Shown piece by piece: positions 40,275 through 49,966 of a DNA stretch of 64,000 bases. Made by a program: the position numbers and the translations under genes. The DNA is from Burkholderiales bacterium (lineage in GTDB: Bacteria; Pseudomonadota; Gammaproteobacteria; Burkholderiales; Casimicrobiaceae). Location: assembly GCA_017989135.1 (NCBI GenBank), contig JAGNQL010000002.1, positions 1,385 to 65,384 on the forward strand. Direction: 5' to 3'. How positions within the stretch are numbered: the first letter of the stretch is position 1; each line of letters starts with the position of its first letter. The notes below the pieces were generated by a model. It saw nothing but the letters and a program-made list of their open reading frames with translations. It was not told where the DNA came from and did not search any database.

Positions 40275-40481
40275 CGCGCCTACCTTTTCCTCACGCGAAA
40301 TTCTCGCTGCACATTTACCTTGTAGGCGACGACTTGGCGTCGCTTCTTGCAACCCGAAGAGCGCGGCAAAGTCCGCGCCTACATTTTTCCCACGCGAAAT
40401 TCTCGCTGCACATTTACCTTGTAGGCGACGACTTGGCGTCGCTTCTTGCAACCCGAAGAACGCGGCCAAATCCGCGCCTAC
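40275..40481. repeat. 99-bp tandem duplication of a REP doublet plus linker (BIME-like)
   Basis: cgcgcctac at 40275, 40374 and 40473; gtaggcgacgacttggcgtcgct at 40322 and 40421; near-identical linkers. Confidence 0.88.
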
Positions 40482-40517
40482 AAGTTGCTTAGACGAACAG
40501 CACTGGTTGGGACACGA

Positions 40518-42305
40518 CTAAGGCGTTCCCTGCGCGGCCTTCGCCGCCGCTGCGGCCATTTGGCGCAGCTCGGGCTTGTAAATTTTTCCGACGTTGGTCA
40601 TCGGCATGTGTTCGAGAATCGTCACGGCTTTTGGCTTTGCGGGCGCTTCGTCTACGCGCTCGGCGGCGAAGGCTAGTAACTCGGCTTCGCTTGCGCTCGC
40701 GCCGGGCACCAGCGTGACGAACACAACCGGTAGCTCGCCTGCATAGGCATCTGGCGCGCCCACGGCTGCGCAGAGCTGCACGGCGGGGTGCGCCCCGATG
40801 GCGTCTTCAATCACCTTCGGGTCGATGTTGTGCCCGCTGCGGATGATCAGGTCTTTTGAGCGGCCGGTGAGATGCAGACGAGACTCGCCGTCGAGCCAAC
40901 CAAGGTCGCCGGTGGCGAGCCATCCGTCGTGCGTGAACGCGTTCGCGTTTTCGAGCGGATCGACAAAGCCTGAGAACAAGTTCGGTGACTTGAACAGCAC
41001 CATGCCCTGCTCGCCTACGGGCATGTCGCGATCACTTGCGCCGCCCTGCTCGTCGAGCGCAACGATGCGAAGCTGAATGTAGGGCAAGCGCAAGCCAACG
41101 CAGCCAGCGGGCCCGACGACACCGGGCGGCGTGATCGTGGAGATGCCGGCCATCTCGGTCATGCCGAGCGCCTCGTGAACGTGCAGGCCGAAGAGCTTTT
41201 CAAAACGCAGCGATAGCTCCGGCGAGAGCGGCGCAGCGCCCGTGCGGCAGTATCGAAGCGTTGAAATATCTGCGCCATCGGTTGGCACGTTGGCCAACGC
41301 GGAGAGCACCGTTGGCACGGCCGAGAGCACGGTCGCGCGGTAGCGCTCAACCAGCCGCCAGTAATTTTTGATGACGTCGCGATTGCGAAAGAGCGACGTC
41401 GTGGGAATCACCACTTCGACACCTGCGGACAACGATGCGAGCGAGCCGGGCAATACGCCCGCGACATGAAACAACGGATAGCCATTGATCGTGACATCGG
41501 TCGGGCGAACGCCTTGCATCTTGACGCAGCCCCATGCAGTGAACACCTGCGCACCGTGGCTGTGGCGCGCGAGTTTCGGTGCGCCCGTAGTGCCGCCGGT
41601 GTGAAAGTAGGCGGCGATGTCGGTGGGTGCGATGTCGCGACCGCTTACCAAACAGTCGCTTCGTTCTTTCGCGCGCTCGGTGGCGAAGTCGAGAACGTTC
41701 GCTGGTAGCTCAGGCGCATGTTGCTCGCCCACTGGTGCGACGCGAAGCACCGTCGTCAAACTCGGCACCGACTCGCGAATTCGCATCGCTTTTGACCACA
41801 AGCCGGACTCGTCGTCTGCGCCCCACGCGATCAGGACTTTCGCGCCTCCCGCGTTCATGAGCGAAACTAATTTCTCGTCGGACAGCAACGGATTGAGCGG
41901 CTGCACGATGGCCGCCGCTTCGCCGCCCCACAACGCGAGGTGATACTCCAAACAACCGGGCAACAGCACGGCGACGGCATCGTTTGGTGTGAGGCCCAAG
42001 CGATGCAGCAAGTTTGCGGTTTGGTGAATGCCCGCGAGAAGCTCCGAATACGACCAGCGGATCGGCTCGTCGGCAGGGTCGGCGCTGGTCAGAAACGTGA
42101 GCGCTGTTTTGTCGCCAAACGCTCGCGCTGAGTTGCAAAAAATATCGTAGGTGCTGCGCGCCGTGAGCGCTTGTTCAAGCGGGGTGGCCTCCAAGCGCTC
42201 GACATCGGCAATGCAGGTGACGGGAAACGAGGGCTCGAATGGCGCGCTGCGATTCTCTGCGAGTTGACTCAGTGGCGACTGTGGCGTTGGGCGGGATGAG
42301 TTCAC
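40518..42305 (-). CDS. Acyl-CoA synthetase (AMP-binding enzyme)
   Basis: YFHTGGTTGAPK, PLFHV, GMTE, ATGDLG, GRSKDLIIRSGHN, TNVGKIYK. Confidence 0.92.
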   Translation of the reverse strand: MNSSRPTPQSPLSQLAENRSAPFEPSFPVTCIADVERLEATPLEQALTARSTYDIFCNSARAFGDKTALTFLTSADPADEPIRWSYSELLAGIHQTANLLHRLGLTPNDAVAVLLPGCLEYHLALWGGEAAAIVQPLNPLLSDEKLVSLMNAGGAKVLIAWGADDESGLWSKAMRIRESVPSLTTVLRVAPVGEQHAPELPANVLDFATERAKERSDCLVSGRDIAPTDIAAYFHTGGTTGAPKLARHSHGAQVFTAWGCVKMQGVRPTDVTINGYPLFHVAGVLPGSLASLSAGVEVVIPTTSLFRNRDVIKNYWRLVERYRATVLSAVPTVLSALANVPTDGADISTLRYCRTGAAPLSPELSLRFEKLFGLHVHEALGMTEMAGISTITPPGVVGPAGCVGLRLPYIQLRIVALDEQGGASDRDMPVGEQGMVLFKSPNLFSGFVDPLENANAFTHDGWLATGDLGWLDGESRLHLTGRSKDLIIRSGHNIDPKVIEDAIGAHPAVQLCAAVGAPDAYAGELPVVFVTLVPGASASEAELLAFAAERVDEAPAKPKAVTILEHMPMTNVGKIYKPELRQMAAAAAKAAQGTP

Positions 42306-42454
42306 GGTTTGCTGGCGTTGGTGGTTACGAAGGCACAGGGCGAGGAGTAGAGCACATGCGCGCCCCGTGGCGCTCCGGGCCGAGAGCGAGACGGCGACGT
42401 TTTCGGCGTGGGCGGTTCGCTTAGCATGGTCACAGTTTTAATAAGGAGAAGACT

Positions 42455-42841
42455 ATGTTTAGCCATGTGATGGTGGGGGTGAACGACCTTGAGCGTTCGC
42501 GTAAGTTTTATGACGCGCTGTTGGGCACGCTGGGAATAGCGCCTGGGGTTGCCAACAAGAACCGCTATTTCTACCGCAGCCCTACCGGCTCCTTCGGTAT
42601 CACCACGCCAATCAACGGCGAGCCCGCGACGCACGGAAATGGCAGCACGTTGGGCTTCAACACGATCTCGCCCGAACAGGCCGACGCGTGGCACGCCGCA
42701 GGTGTTGCTAATGGCGGCACGACGTGCGAAGACCCTCCGGGCTGGCGCGATGGTTCGGTGGGCCGACTCTACCTCGCCTATCTGCGCGACCCCGACGGCA
42801 ACAAGCTTTGCGCGTTGCACCGGCCGCCGAAGGTGGCGTAA
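42455..42841 (+). CDS. VOC (glyoxalase/bleomycin resistance) family protein
   Basis: RBS TAAGGAG; MFSHVMVGVNDLERSRKFYD, YLAYLRDPDGNKLCA. Confidence 0.9.
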   Translation: MFSHVMVGVNDLERSRKFYDALLGTLGIAPGVANKNRYFYRSPTGSFGITTPINGEPATHGNGSTLGFNTISPEQADAWHAAGVANGGTTCEDPPGWRDGSVGRLYLAYLRDPDGNKLCALHRPPKVA

Positions 42842-42897
42842 TACGGCCCTGTCACGCGCACGAATGTTTCAACTACCGGGAAAGATTGATCGTGAAT

Positions 42898-43863
42898 ATG
42901 AAGTGGTTTTCAGTGATTCTTCTAGCGTCTGCTGCGGCAATCGCGCCTGTCGCGACTGGTCAAACTTTTCCGGATAAACCGATCAAACTTGTCGTGCCGT
43001 TTCCACCCGGAGGCGGCGCTGACAATTTGGCGCGTGCGGTGATGCCGCGCGTCGGTGAGATCTTGGGGCAAGCGATTGTGATCGAGAATCGACCGGGCGC
43101 GGGCGGCAACGTCGGCAGCGAGAGTGTGGCGCGCGCGCCGGCCGACGGCTATACCTTGCTCTACGGCACGAACGGAACGCACGGCATTAACCACGCGCTT
43201 TATGCGAAGGTGTCGTTTGATCCGATCAAGGATTTTTCGACCGTGTCTAGGATGAGTTACATCCCTGCGATGCTGGTCGTCATTCCGAGTGTGCCCGCGA
43301 ACAACTTCAAGGAATTGCTCGCGTACCTCAAGGCCAACCCCAACAAAATTTCTTTCGCGTCCGCAGGCAACGGCACGACATCGCACATGGCCGGTGAGAT
43401 GTTTAAACGCGCAGCAGGCGTTGATATTCAACACATTCCGTACAAAGGCGGCGGCCCCGCCACGGCCGGGCTCCTTGGCGGCGAAGTGCAGATGATGATC
43501 GACTTGACCGCGAACCTAGCGGGACAAGTCAAAGCCGGGAAATTGAAGGCGATTGCGGTCACCAGCGCCGCTCGCGTGCCCACGTTCCCCGATCTGCCTA
43601 CGCTGCAAGAAGCGGGGCTCGCTGGCTTCGAGATCACCGCGAGCGACGGCATTTACGCCCCTGCGAACACGCCGCGTGCCGCTGTAGATCGCGTTAACGC
43701 TGCGATGAAGCAAGCGCTAGCGGAGCCGGCCATCGTGGAGCGGCTTGCCTCGCGCGGTGCGGTCGCCATACACAGCACGCCCGAGGCGCAACTCGCGCAC
43801 ATTACGCGCGAGCTACCGCTTTGGGCGAAGCTCGTGAAGGATTCGGGCGCAAAACTGGATTGA
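42898..43863 (+). CDS. Bug/TctC tripartite tricarboxylate transporter substrate-binding protein
   Basis: FPDKPIKLVVPFPPGGGAD, ENRPGAGG, HIPYKGG; signal peptide from ATG 42898. Confidence 0.92.
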   Translation: MKWFSVILLASAAAIAPVATGQTFPDKPIKLVVPFPPGGGADNLARAVMPRVGEILGQAIVIENRPGAGGNVGSESVARAPADGYTLLYGTNGTHGINHALYAKVSFDPIKDFSTVSRMSYIPAMLVVIPSVPANNFKELLAYLKANPNKISFASAGNGTTSHMAGEMFKRAAGVDIQHIPYKGGGPATAGLLGGEVQMMIDLTANLAGQVKAGKLKAIAVTSAARVPTFPDLPTLQEAGLAGFEITASDGIYAPANTPRAAVDRVNAAMKQALAEPAIVERLASRGAVAIHSTPEAQLAHITRELPLWAKLVKDSGAKLD

Positions 43864-43871
43864 TCGCAACC

Positions 43872-45017
43872 ATGAATTACATCGGCACGCCGCCACCGCT
43901 CAACCCGTCGATCACGGCTACAAAAAATTACTTTCAGGCGCTGGATAACTTCACGCGTACTTTCGCGATCAAGCGCGGTGACCGCGTTTTGATGCTGACT
44001 GATCCGCTGCTGGACCCACGCGTAGTTGATGCCATCGGAGGACTGGCGAAAGCGCGCGGCGCAACGTTGACGGCTTACATGGCGGAAAGCACGACGCTGC
44101 CCGGCGTGCCCGCAGCGGTGAAGCCGCTGATCGAAGACGCAACGTTTGTTGTGTCGACGTGGTTTTGCTCGATCGAAGATCCGTTCAATGTGCTGATGCG
44201 ACAGCGCGGGCAGCGTTGGGTGAAAATTACGTACTTTCGTGATCTCGACTTATTGCACACGCCGCAAGCGCGCTTCCCGATCGAACTGGTGGGCGAAATC
44301 ATTCGAACGACTGAGCGCAAGTTTCCAAAAGGCGAAGACTTCACGTTGCGCTTTTCGGATGCGCGCGGTAGCAATCTGGTGATTCCATACACCGCCGCCA
44401 TGCGCGACGCGATGTTTGCAGGCAATCGTTGGCGCGGCGTGATGACGGCCGACGAGCCCGGCTGCTACATCCACTACCTGCCGACGCACGGACCAAATTT
44501 CTGGGACAGCACGGCCATGAAGAACGACACGAATTCGTCGTTAGCGATTGATGGTGTGCTCTATCCGCAATGGGCAATCGGCTTCGCTGCGCCGTTCGCC
44601 GAAAGAATTGCCGTCGAATTTAAGAACAAGTTTGTCACGGCCGTACACGGCGAATCGGAAGACGCGAAACTGCTTCGAGAGATGCTGATGGGCGGCAAAC
44701 TCATCGAGGGCGGAGGTTGCGGCTTTAATCCGAAAGCGCCACGACACACGATTTATCCTGCGGGCTCAAACTCGCCGGGCGCGCTGCACTTCGGCATTGA
44801 CCTCGTAAAGCCGAGCGACTTCATTCGAAAAGTGATGCCGCAATGGGAAGAGCCGCCGATCCATCAAGACTTGGTCACGTTCGACACCACTGTTACTGCG
44901 GGGGAGAACGTGTTGATTGATGCAGGTTTCCTCACGGCGCTGCGCGATCCAGCGGTGGTCGCCGCAGCGGCGGTATTTGGCGATCCTGTGGACTTGCTGG
45001 AAGGGTTCGTTTACTAG
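43872..45017 (+). CDS. Hypothetical metalloenzyme of the M29 aminopeptidase/NicX-like fold
   Basis: IKRGDRVLMLTD, SDARGSNL, IEGGGCGFNPKA, GALHFGID, IHQD. Confidence 0.65.
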   Translation: MNYIGTPPPLNPSITATKNYFQALDNFTRTFAIKRGDRVLMLTDPLLDPRVVDAIGGLAKARGATLTAYMAESTTLPGVPAAVKPLIEDATFVVSTWFCSIEDPFNVLMRQRGQRWVKITYFRDLDLLHTPQARFPIELVGEIIRTTERKFPKGEDFTLRFSDARGSNLVIPYTAAMRDAMFAGNRWRGVMTADEPGCYIHYLPTHGPNFWDSTAMKNDTNSSLAIDGVLYPQWAIGFAAPFAERIAVEFKNKFVTAVHGESEDAKLLREMLMGGKLIEGGGCGFNPKAPRHTIYPAGSNSPGALHFGIDLVKPSDFIRKVMPQWEEPPIHQDLVTFDTTVTAGENVLIDAGFLTALRDPAVVAAAAVFGDPVDLLEGFVY

Positions 45018-45066
45018 GCTCGATCAGCGTCAGGAACAGCGACACTCGGCAAGGGCCACGGTACCT

Positions 45067-45134
45067 GTAGGCGCGGCATCAGCCGCGCTTCGCCTGATTT
45101 GAAGTTGCGCTAGCGCGGCTGATGCCGCGCCTAC
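45067..45134. repeat. GTAG-type REP doublet
   Basis: Perfect 23-bp arms gtaggcgcggcatcagccgcgct / agcgcggctgatgccgcgcctac between convergent genes. Confidence 0.88.
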
Positions 45135-45145
45135 AAACGACGCCG

Positions 45146-45949
45146 TTAGACGAATCGAAACGAAACCGTGCCTAACGGACCGTAGTCCGCATGCAGCGTG
45201 TCGCCTGCGACAGCCGTCGTCGGGCGGGTGAATGAGCCTGCGAGGACGATGTCACCAGCGTTGAGCTGTTCGCCGTGCGGAGCAATCTTGTTGACGAGCC
45301 ACGCAACGCCCGTTGCCGGGTGATTGAGTACGCCTGCAGCGAGGCCCGTTTCTTCGACGACGCCGTTCTTGAACAACATTGCGCCGACCCAGCGCAGATC
45401 TACCGCGTCGGGTCGCACGGGGCGACCGCCGAGGACGATACCCGCGTTCGCGGCGAAATCGGAAATGGTGTCAAAAACTTTGCGCGGCGCTTTGGTGTCG
45501 CGGTCAAATTGTTCGATACGAGCGTCGATGATCTCGAGCGCGGGCGAGACGTATTCAGTCGCGGCGAGCACATCAAATATCGTCACGCCCGGCCCCTTGA
45601 GTGGCTTGCCGAGCACGAACGCGAGTTCGACTTCGATGCGCGGTGCGATGAAGCGTTTGATCTCGATGTCGCCACCCTGCTCGAAGAACATGTCGTCCAT
45701 CAGCGGCGCGTAGTCGGGCTCGGTAATTTGGCTGGAGAGTTGCATCGCGCGCGACGTGAGACCAATTTTTCTGCCCTTGACGACGCGGCCGTCGGCGATC
45801 TCAAGCTTGACCCACTCGCGCTGGATTGAGTAGCCATCGTCGATGGTCATTTCTGGAAAGCGCTTGGAGAAATGACGCAGTTGAACACCAGCCTTGCGGG
45901 CATCGTAGAGTTCGCGAGCAAGGGACTTGAGAGTGTCGGTTGGAAGCAT
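45146..45949 (-). CDS. hpaH: 2-oxo-hept-4-ene-1,7-dioate hydratase
   Basis: 267 aa from ATG 45949; [50 protein letters not shown]. Confidence 0.92.
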   Translation of the reverse strand: MLPTDTLKSLARELYDARKAGVQLRHFSKRFPEMTIDDGYSIQREWVKLEIADGRVVKGRKIGLTSRAMQLSSQITEPDYAPLMDDMFFEQGGDIEIKRFIAPRIEVELAFVLGKPLKGPGVTIFDVLAATEYVSPALEIIDARIEQFDRDTKAPRKVFDTISDFAANAGIVLGGRPVRPDAVDLRWVGAMLFKNGVVEETGLAAGVLNHPATGVAWLVNKIAPHGEQLNAGDIVLAGSFTRPTTAVAGDTLHADYGPLGTVSFRFV

Positions 45950-46000
45950 GATGGGTCTGAGAGTGTCAATAAGTGTCAGTAGAGAACGAGACGAGTCGAC

Positions 46001-46067
46001 TGTGGGAGCGGGCTCGCCCGCGATTCTCCGCACGCAAACGCGAATCGCGGGCAAGCCCGCTCCCACA
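46001..46067. repeat. GTGG-type REP doublet
   Basis: tgtgggagcgggctcgcccgcgatt ... aatcgcgggcaagcccgctcccaca. Confidence 0.85.
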
Positions 46068-46094
46068 CTTGTCCGCCACTCTGATCGGCGCGAG

Positions 46095-46541
46095 TCATGG
46101 TTTCAGGAAGAGCGGATGCAGCGAACTGTTCTTCGCGTCGAAAACTTCGTGCCCTTCATCAACTTGCAGCGTGATGCCGATGTGTCGATTGGCAAGATGT
46201 TGCGCGAAGTGAGCTTTGACCGTCGCTTCAAGCGCGCGGCCCACGTCCGCGTGGGCCGTCGCGCTGCGGCCCTTCGCCATACGTAAGTTGAGATAGACGA
46301 AGGCGTAGTTTCCGTCGCCACCAGCCGCGCGACCCACGCTGCCATCATCCGCGACGGCGAAGTGCGCCGCGGGATACGCCAGCACCCGAGTACCGCCGGT
46401 GGGGAACACCTGCTTGCCCTGTTCATCGCGGGCGGCGAGCATGGTGTCTGCCAGCGCCCGGCAAAGCACTTTCATGTCGGTGCCACCTTGATCAGCGGGT
46501 TGGTCGAGGTTGCCGGTGTAGAGGATGACGAGGTGAGGCAT
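46095..46541 (-). CDS. hpaF: 5-carboxymethyl-2-hydroxymuconate isomerase
   Basis: Start MPH (catalytic Pro) at 46541; [16 protein letters not shown]; within the hpa cluster. Confidence 0.85.
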   Translation of the reverse strand: MPHLVILYTGNLDQPADQGGTDMKVLCRALADTMLAARDEQGKQVFPTGGTRVLAYPAAHFAVADDGSVGRAAGGDGNYAFVYLNLRMAKGRSATAHADVGRALEATVKAHFAQHLANRHIGITLQVDEGHEVFDAKNSSLHPLFLKP

Positions 46542-46552
46542 GGCTATTGATC

Positions 46553-47476
46553 TTAAAGTCGGCTCACGGCCTGGTAACCCAGCGCCGCAGAAGCTTGCGC
46601 GGCAGGAATCGCGGCGCCGTCGTTCGGCGTCACTGGAAACACTGCGTTGAGCTGACCGGTGCCGGACGCCCCGAAGTATGGCGTGACGATCTCGGCCTTG
46701 CCGTCGTAGCCGCTCCAACCGAGCGCGCCGAGCATCATCGCGGTGTCGTGCATGAAGCCTTCGCCGTGACCTTTGCTTGCGTATTCAGGCAACATTTCGC
46801 AGAACGTTTTCCAGTCGCCGCGCTTCCACATGTCGATGACGCTATGGTCGAGCGATTCCAGGAGCGGGCTCCAAATCTTGAATGCGAATTCCGGCGCGAG
46901 GCCGTTTTGGGCGAAGCGATGACTAAGGCTACCGCTCGCGAGGAACGCGACTGTACCGTCGTAATGCTCCTCTACCGCGCGACGCATCGCCCAGCCTAGG
47001 CGTGCGCTGTCGTTGAGATAGTGCACGGTACACAACGCGGATACAGAAATTACCTTGAAGTGTTGGTCGGCGTTCATGTAGCGCATGGGCACTAGCGTGC
47101 CGTATTCGGGATTGAGCGTCGTGGCATCGTGCGCGAGTGTTTCAACGCCTGCGTCGTTGCACCCTTTCGCAAGAATTTTTCCGAGCGCAGGGTTCCCGGA
47201 GAATTCGAACGGCAAATTGCTGATGAAATGCGGCAGCTCGTTGCTCGTGTAGAGCCCTTTGAAATGCGGCGCACAGTTGACGTGATAGTTCGCGTTCACG
47301 AGCCAATGCGTATCAAAGACGACGATGGTGTCAACGCCTAACTCGCGGCAGCGGCGACCAATTTCACGGTGACCATCAATCGCATCCTGACGTGTGCCCT
47401 TGCGCGGACCGTCTAGCTCCGACAGGTAAATGGAGGGAACGTGTGTGGTCTTTGCGACGAGTGCGAGTTTGCCCAT
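46553..47476 (-). CDS. hpaD: 3,4-dihydroxyphenylacetate 2,3-dioxygenase
   Basis: MGKLALVAKTTHVPSIYLSE, FDTHWLVN, EYGTLVPMRYMN, ASGSLSHRF, GEGFMHDT. Confidence 0.94.
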   Translation of the reverse strand: MGKLALVAKTTHVPSIYLSELDGPRKGTRQDAIDGHREIGRRCRELGVDTIVVFDTHWLVNANYHVNCAPHFKGLYTSNELPHFISNLPFEFSGNPALGKILAKGCNDAGVETLAHDATTLNPEYGTLVPMRYMNADQHFKVISVSALCTVHYLNDSARLGWAMRRAVEEHYDGTVAFLASGSLSHRFAQNGLAPEFAFKIWSPLLESLDHSVIDMWKRGDWKTFCEMLPEYASKGHGEGFMHDTAMMLGALGWSGYDGKAEIVTPYFGASGTGQLNAVFPVTPNDGAAIPAAQASAALGYQAVSRL

Positions 47477-47500
47477 GAGTTGCTCCTGTTACGGCGCCGA

Positions 47501-48478
47501 TCAGTTGTCGATACGGATGTTGGCTTTGCGGATGACGTCCGCGTACTTCGTAGTTTCGCTAGCGATGAACGACGCGAATCGGGCCTGTGACCCCGGCTGC
47601 GCAGCGATGCCGCTCTCTTTGAACGCCGCGACTACCGCTGGCGCTTGGAGTGCTGTCTGAATCTCGGTGTGGATCCGCGTGAGGATCAGATCGCTTGTGC
47701 CGGCACGCATTAGCACGCCGTTCCACGAATTTGATTCAAGTTTTAGACCTTGCTCTGCGAGCGTTGGAATCTCAGGCGCGAACGTGGAGCGCTGTGCCGT
47801 CGCCATTCCCAATGCGACAAGCTTCCCGCTCTTCACGTGCCCCCTGAATTCCGGCCAATTGCCGAACATCACATTGACCTGCCCGCCGAGTACGTCAGTC
47901 AACGCAGGCGCCTGCCCCTTGTACGGCACGTGAATCATTGGCGTTTGCAACTCGCTCTCCAACATCGCGCCCGACAAGTGCGCCGAAGTGCCGTTACCAA
48001 AACTCGCGTAGCTAATCTTCCCCGGTTGTCGGCGCACGAGTGCTGCAAATTCGCCAAGCGTTTTCACGCCAAGGCCCGGATTCGCGACCAACACATGCTC
48101 GCTAAGTCCCATCAAGGCCACGGGCACCAAGTCCTTCGCGCCGTCGTACGGCAGGTTCTTCACGAGCGTTTGGTTTGCACAAAAACTGTTCGCGACGGTG
48201 ATCATCGTGTAACCGTCAGGAGGTGCCTTGGCAACGAAGTCCACGCCGATTACCGTGCCTGCGCCGGGCTTGTTTTCAACGATGACCGATTGCCCGAGTG
48301 AGCGAGACATTTCCGTAGCAATCAGTCGTGTCACGACATCCGTCGTGCCGCCCGGTGGAAACGGCACGACCCAACGCAGCGGCCGTGCAGGCCAGGGTTG
48401 CTGCGCCCAAGTCGGTACTGCAAGCAATGCAGCGGATTGCAATAACGTGCGGCGAAAACGCGAAACCATGATCGACAT
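47501..48478 (-). CDS. Bug/TctC substrate-binding protein within the hpa operon
   Basis: VVPFPPGGTTD, ENKPGAG, HVPYKG; RRTLL-containing signal; start uncertain. Confidence 0.9.
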   Translation of the reverse strand: MSIMVSRFRRTLLQSAALLAVPTWAQQPWPARPLRWVVPFPPGGTTDVVTRLIATEMSRSLGQSVIVENKPGAGTVIGVDFVAKAPPDGYTMITVANSFCANQTLVKNLPYDGAKDLVPVALMGLSEHVLVANPGLGVKTLGEFAALVRRQPGKISYASFGNGTSAHLSGAMLESELQTPMIHVPYKGQAPALTDVLGGQVNVMFGNWPEFRGHVKSGKLVALGMATAQRSTFAPEIPTLAEQGLKLESNSWNGVLMRAGTSDLILTRIHTEIQTALQAPAVVAAFKESGIAAQPGSQARFASFIASETTKYADVIRKANIRIDN

Positions 48479-48480
48479 GA

Positions 48481-49938
48481 TCAAACGCCCCAGTGCGGAA
48501 TGTGGTGGCTACCCATCGACACTGCAATGTTCTTTGGTTCGAGGAATACTTCGTAGCTCCAGGTGCCGCCTTCGCGGCCGGTGCCGCTAGCTTTGGTGCC
48601 GCCGAAAGGCTGGCGCAGGTCGCGTACGTTTTGGCTGTTGACGAAGCACATGCCGGCTTCGATACCCGCCGCGACGCGGTGCGCGCGACCGATGTTTTCG
48701 GTCCAGACGTAGCTCGACAGACCATAGGCGATGTCGTTACTTTTCTTGATCGCGTCGGCCTCGTCGTCGAATGGAATCAAGCACGCGACGGGGCCGAAGA
48801 TTTCTTCTTGTGCGATGCGCATGCGATTGTCGACGTCGGCGAAAACCGTTGGCAACACATAGTTTCCCTTCGCGACGTTGGCGGGCAACGCGGGCGTATC
48901 AAGCCCGCCGCAGAGCATGGTCGCACCTTCTTTGCCGCCGAGTTCGATGTAGCTGCGCACCTTGGCGAGATGGGCTTGGCTGATCATTGGTCCGACAATC
49001 GTCTTTTCGTCAAGCGGGTCGCCGACAGTGATGCGCTTTGCGCGTTCGACGAACTTGGCGACGAAGTCGGCGTAGATGCTTTTCTGTACGAGGATGCGAC
49101 TGCCAGCGGTGCAGCGCTCGCCGTTGTTGCTGAAGATCATGAACACGGCGGCGTCTAATGCTCGGCTCAAATCGGCGTCGTCGAAAATTACAAACGGGCT
49201 CTTACCGCCTAGCTCCATGCTGAATTTTTTGAGGCCCGCGGCTTGCACGATTCGGTTGCCTGTCGCCGTTGAGCCCGTGAACGAAATCGCGCGCACGTCC
49301 GGGTGTTTGCACAGCGGTTCGCCTGCGTCTTTTCCGTAGCCGTGCACGACGTTCAGAACGCCCGCCGGAATGCCCGCTTCAAGCGCCAGCTCACCAAGGC
49401 GCGCAGCCGTCATCGGCGACAGTTCGCTCATCTTCAACACCGCCGTATTGCCGAACGCGAGGCAGGGTGCGGTTTTCCATGTGGCGGTCATGAACGGAAC
49501 GTTCCACGGACTGATGAGCGCGCAGACGCCGACCGGGTGAAACAGTGTGTAGTTCAAGTGCGTCGGCGTTGGATAGGTGTGGCCATCCACCCGCGTGCAC
49601 ATTTCGGCGAAGTAATAAAAATTGTCGGCTGCGCGCGGGATGAGTTGCTTGCCGGTTTGCGCGATGACTTGACCGCAGTCCATCGTCTCCGTGCGCGAAA
49701 TTTCCGGCACATGCTGAGCGATCAAGTCGCCGAGCTTGCGAACCAGTCGCGCGCGCTCCGTCGCGGGCAGCCCAGCCCACTTGGGGAATGCGGCCTTCGC
49801 AGCGGCCACGGCGGCGTTCACTTCCGTTTCACCGCCGGAGGCGACCTCGGCGAGCACTTCTTGCGTTGCCGGGTTAATCGTTTCGAAGTAGTCGCGGCTT
49901 TGAACTGCTTTGCCGTCAATCAGATGTTCGATGCGCAT
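48481..49938 (-). CDS. hpaE: 5-carboxymethyl-2-hydroxymuconate semialdehyde dehydrogenase
   Basis: SPWNVPF, FTGST, MELGGKSP, NGERCTAGSR, C-terminal HHIPHWGV. Confidence 0.94.
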   Translation of the reverse strand: MRIEHLIDGKAVQSRDYFETINPATQEVLAEVASGGETEVNAAVAAAKAAFPKWAGLPATERARLVRKLGDLIAQHVPEISRTETMDCGQVIAQTGKQLIPRAADNFYYFAEMCTRVDGHTYPTPTHLNYTLFHPVGVCALISPWNVPFMTATWKTAPCLAFGNTAVLKMSELSPMTAARLGELALEAGIPAGVLNVVHGYGKDAGEPLCKHPDVRAISFTGSTATGNRIVQAAGLKKFSMELGGKSPFVIFDDADLSRALDAAVFMIFSNNGERCTAGSRILVQKSIYADFVAKFVERAKRITVGDPLDEKTIVGPMISQAHLAKVRSYIELGGKEGATMLCGGLDTPALPANVAKGNYVLPTVFADVDNRMRIAQEEIFGPVACLIPFDDEADAIKKSNDIAYGLSSYVWTENIGRAHRVAAGIEAGMCFVNSQNVRDLRQPFGGTKASGTGREGGTWSYEVFLEPKNIAVSMGSHHIPHWGV

Positions 49939-49966
49939 AGGATGCCTTGTACGTGTTGTGCGGTAA

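Noticed and set aside
40275-40481. Possible mini-CRISPR
   Set aside because: The intervening sequences are near-identical, so this is a tandem duplication without unique spacers
45950-46066. Longer starts in the ORF track for hpaH, and likewise hpaF (46718), GST (39386), Bug (42724) and NTase (37913)
   Set aside because: The extensions read through REP DNA or overlap upstream genes; family N-termini define the shorter starts
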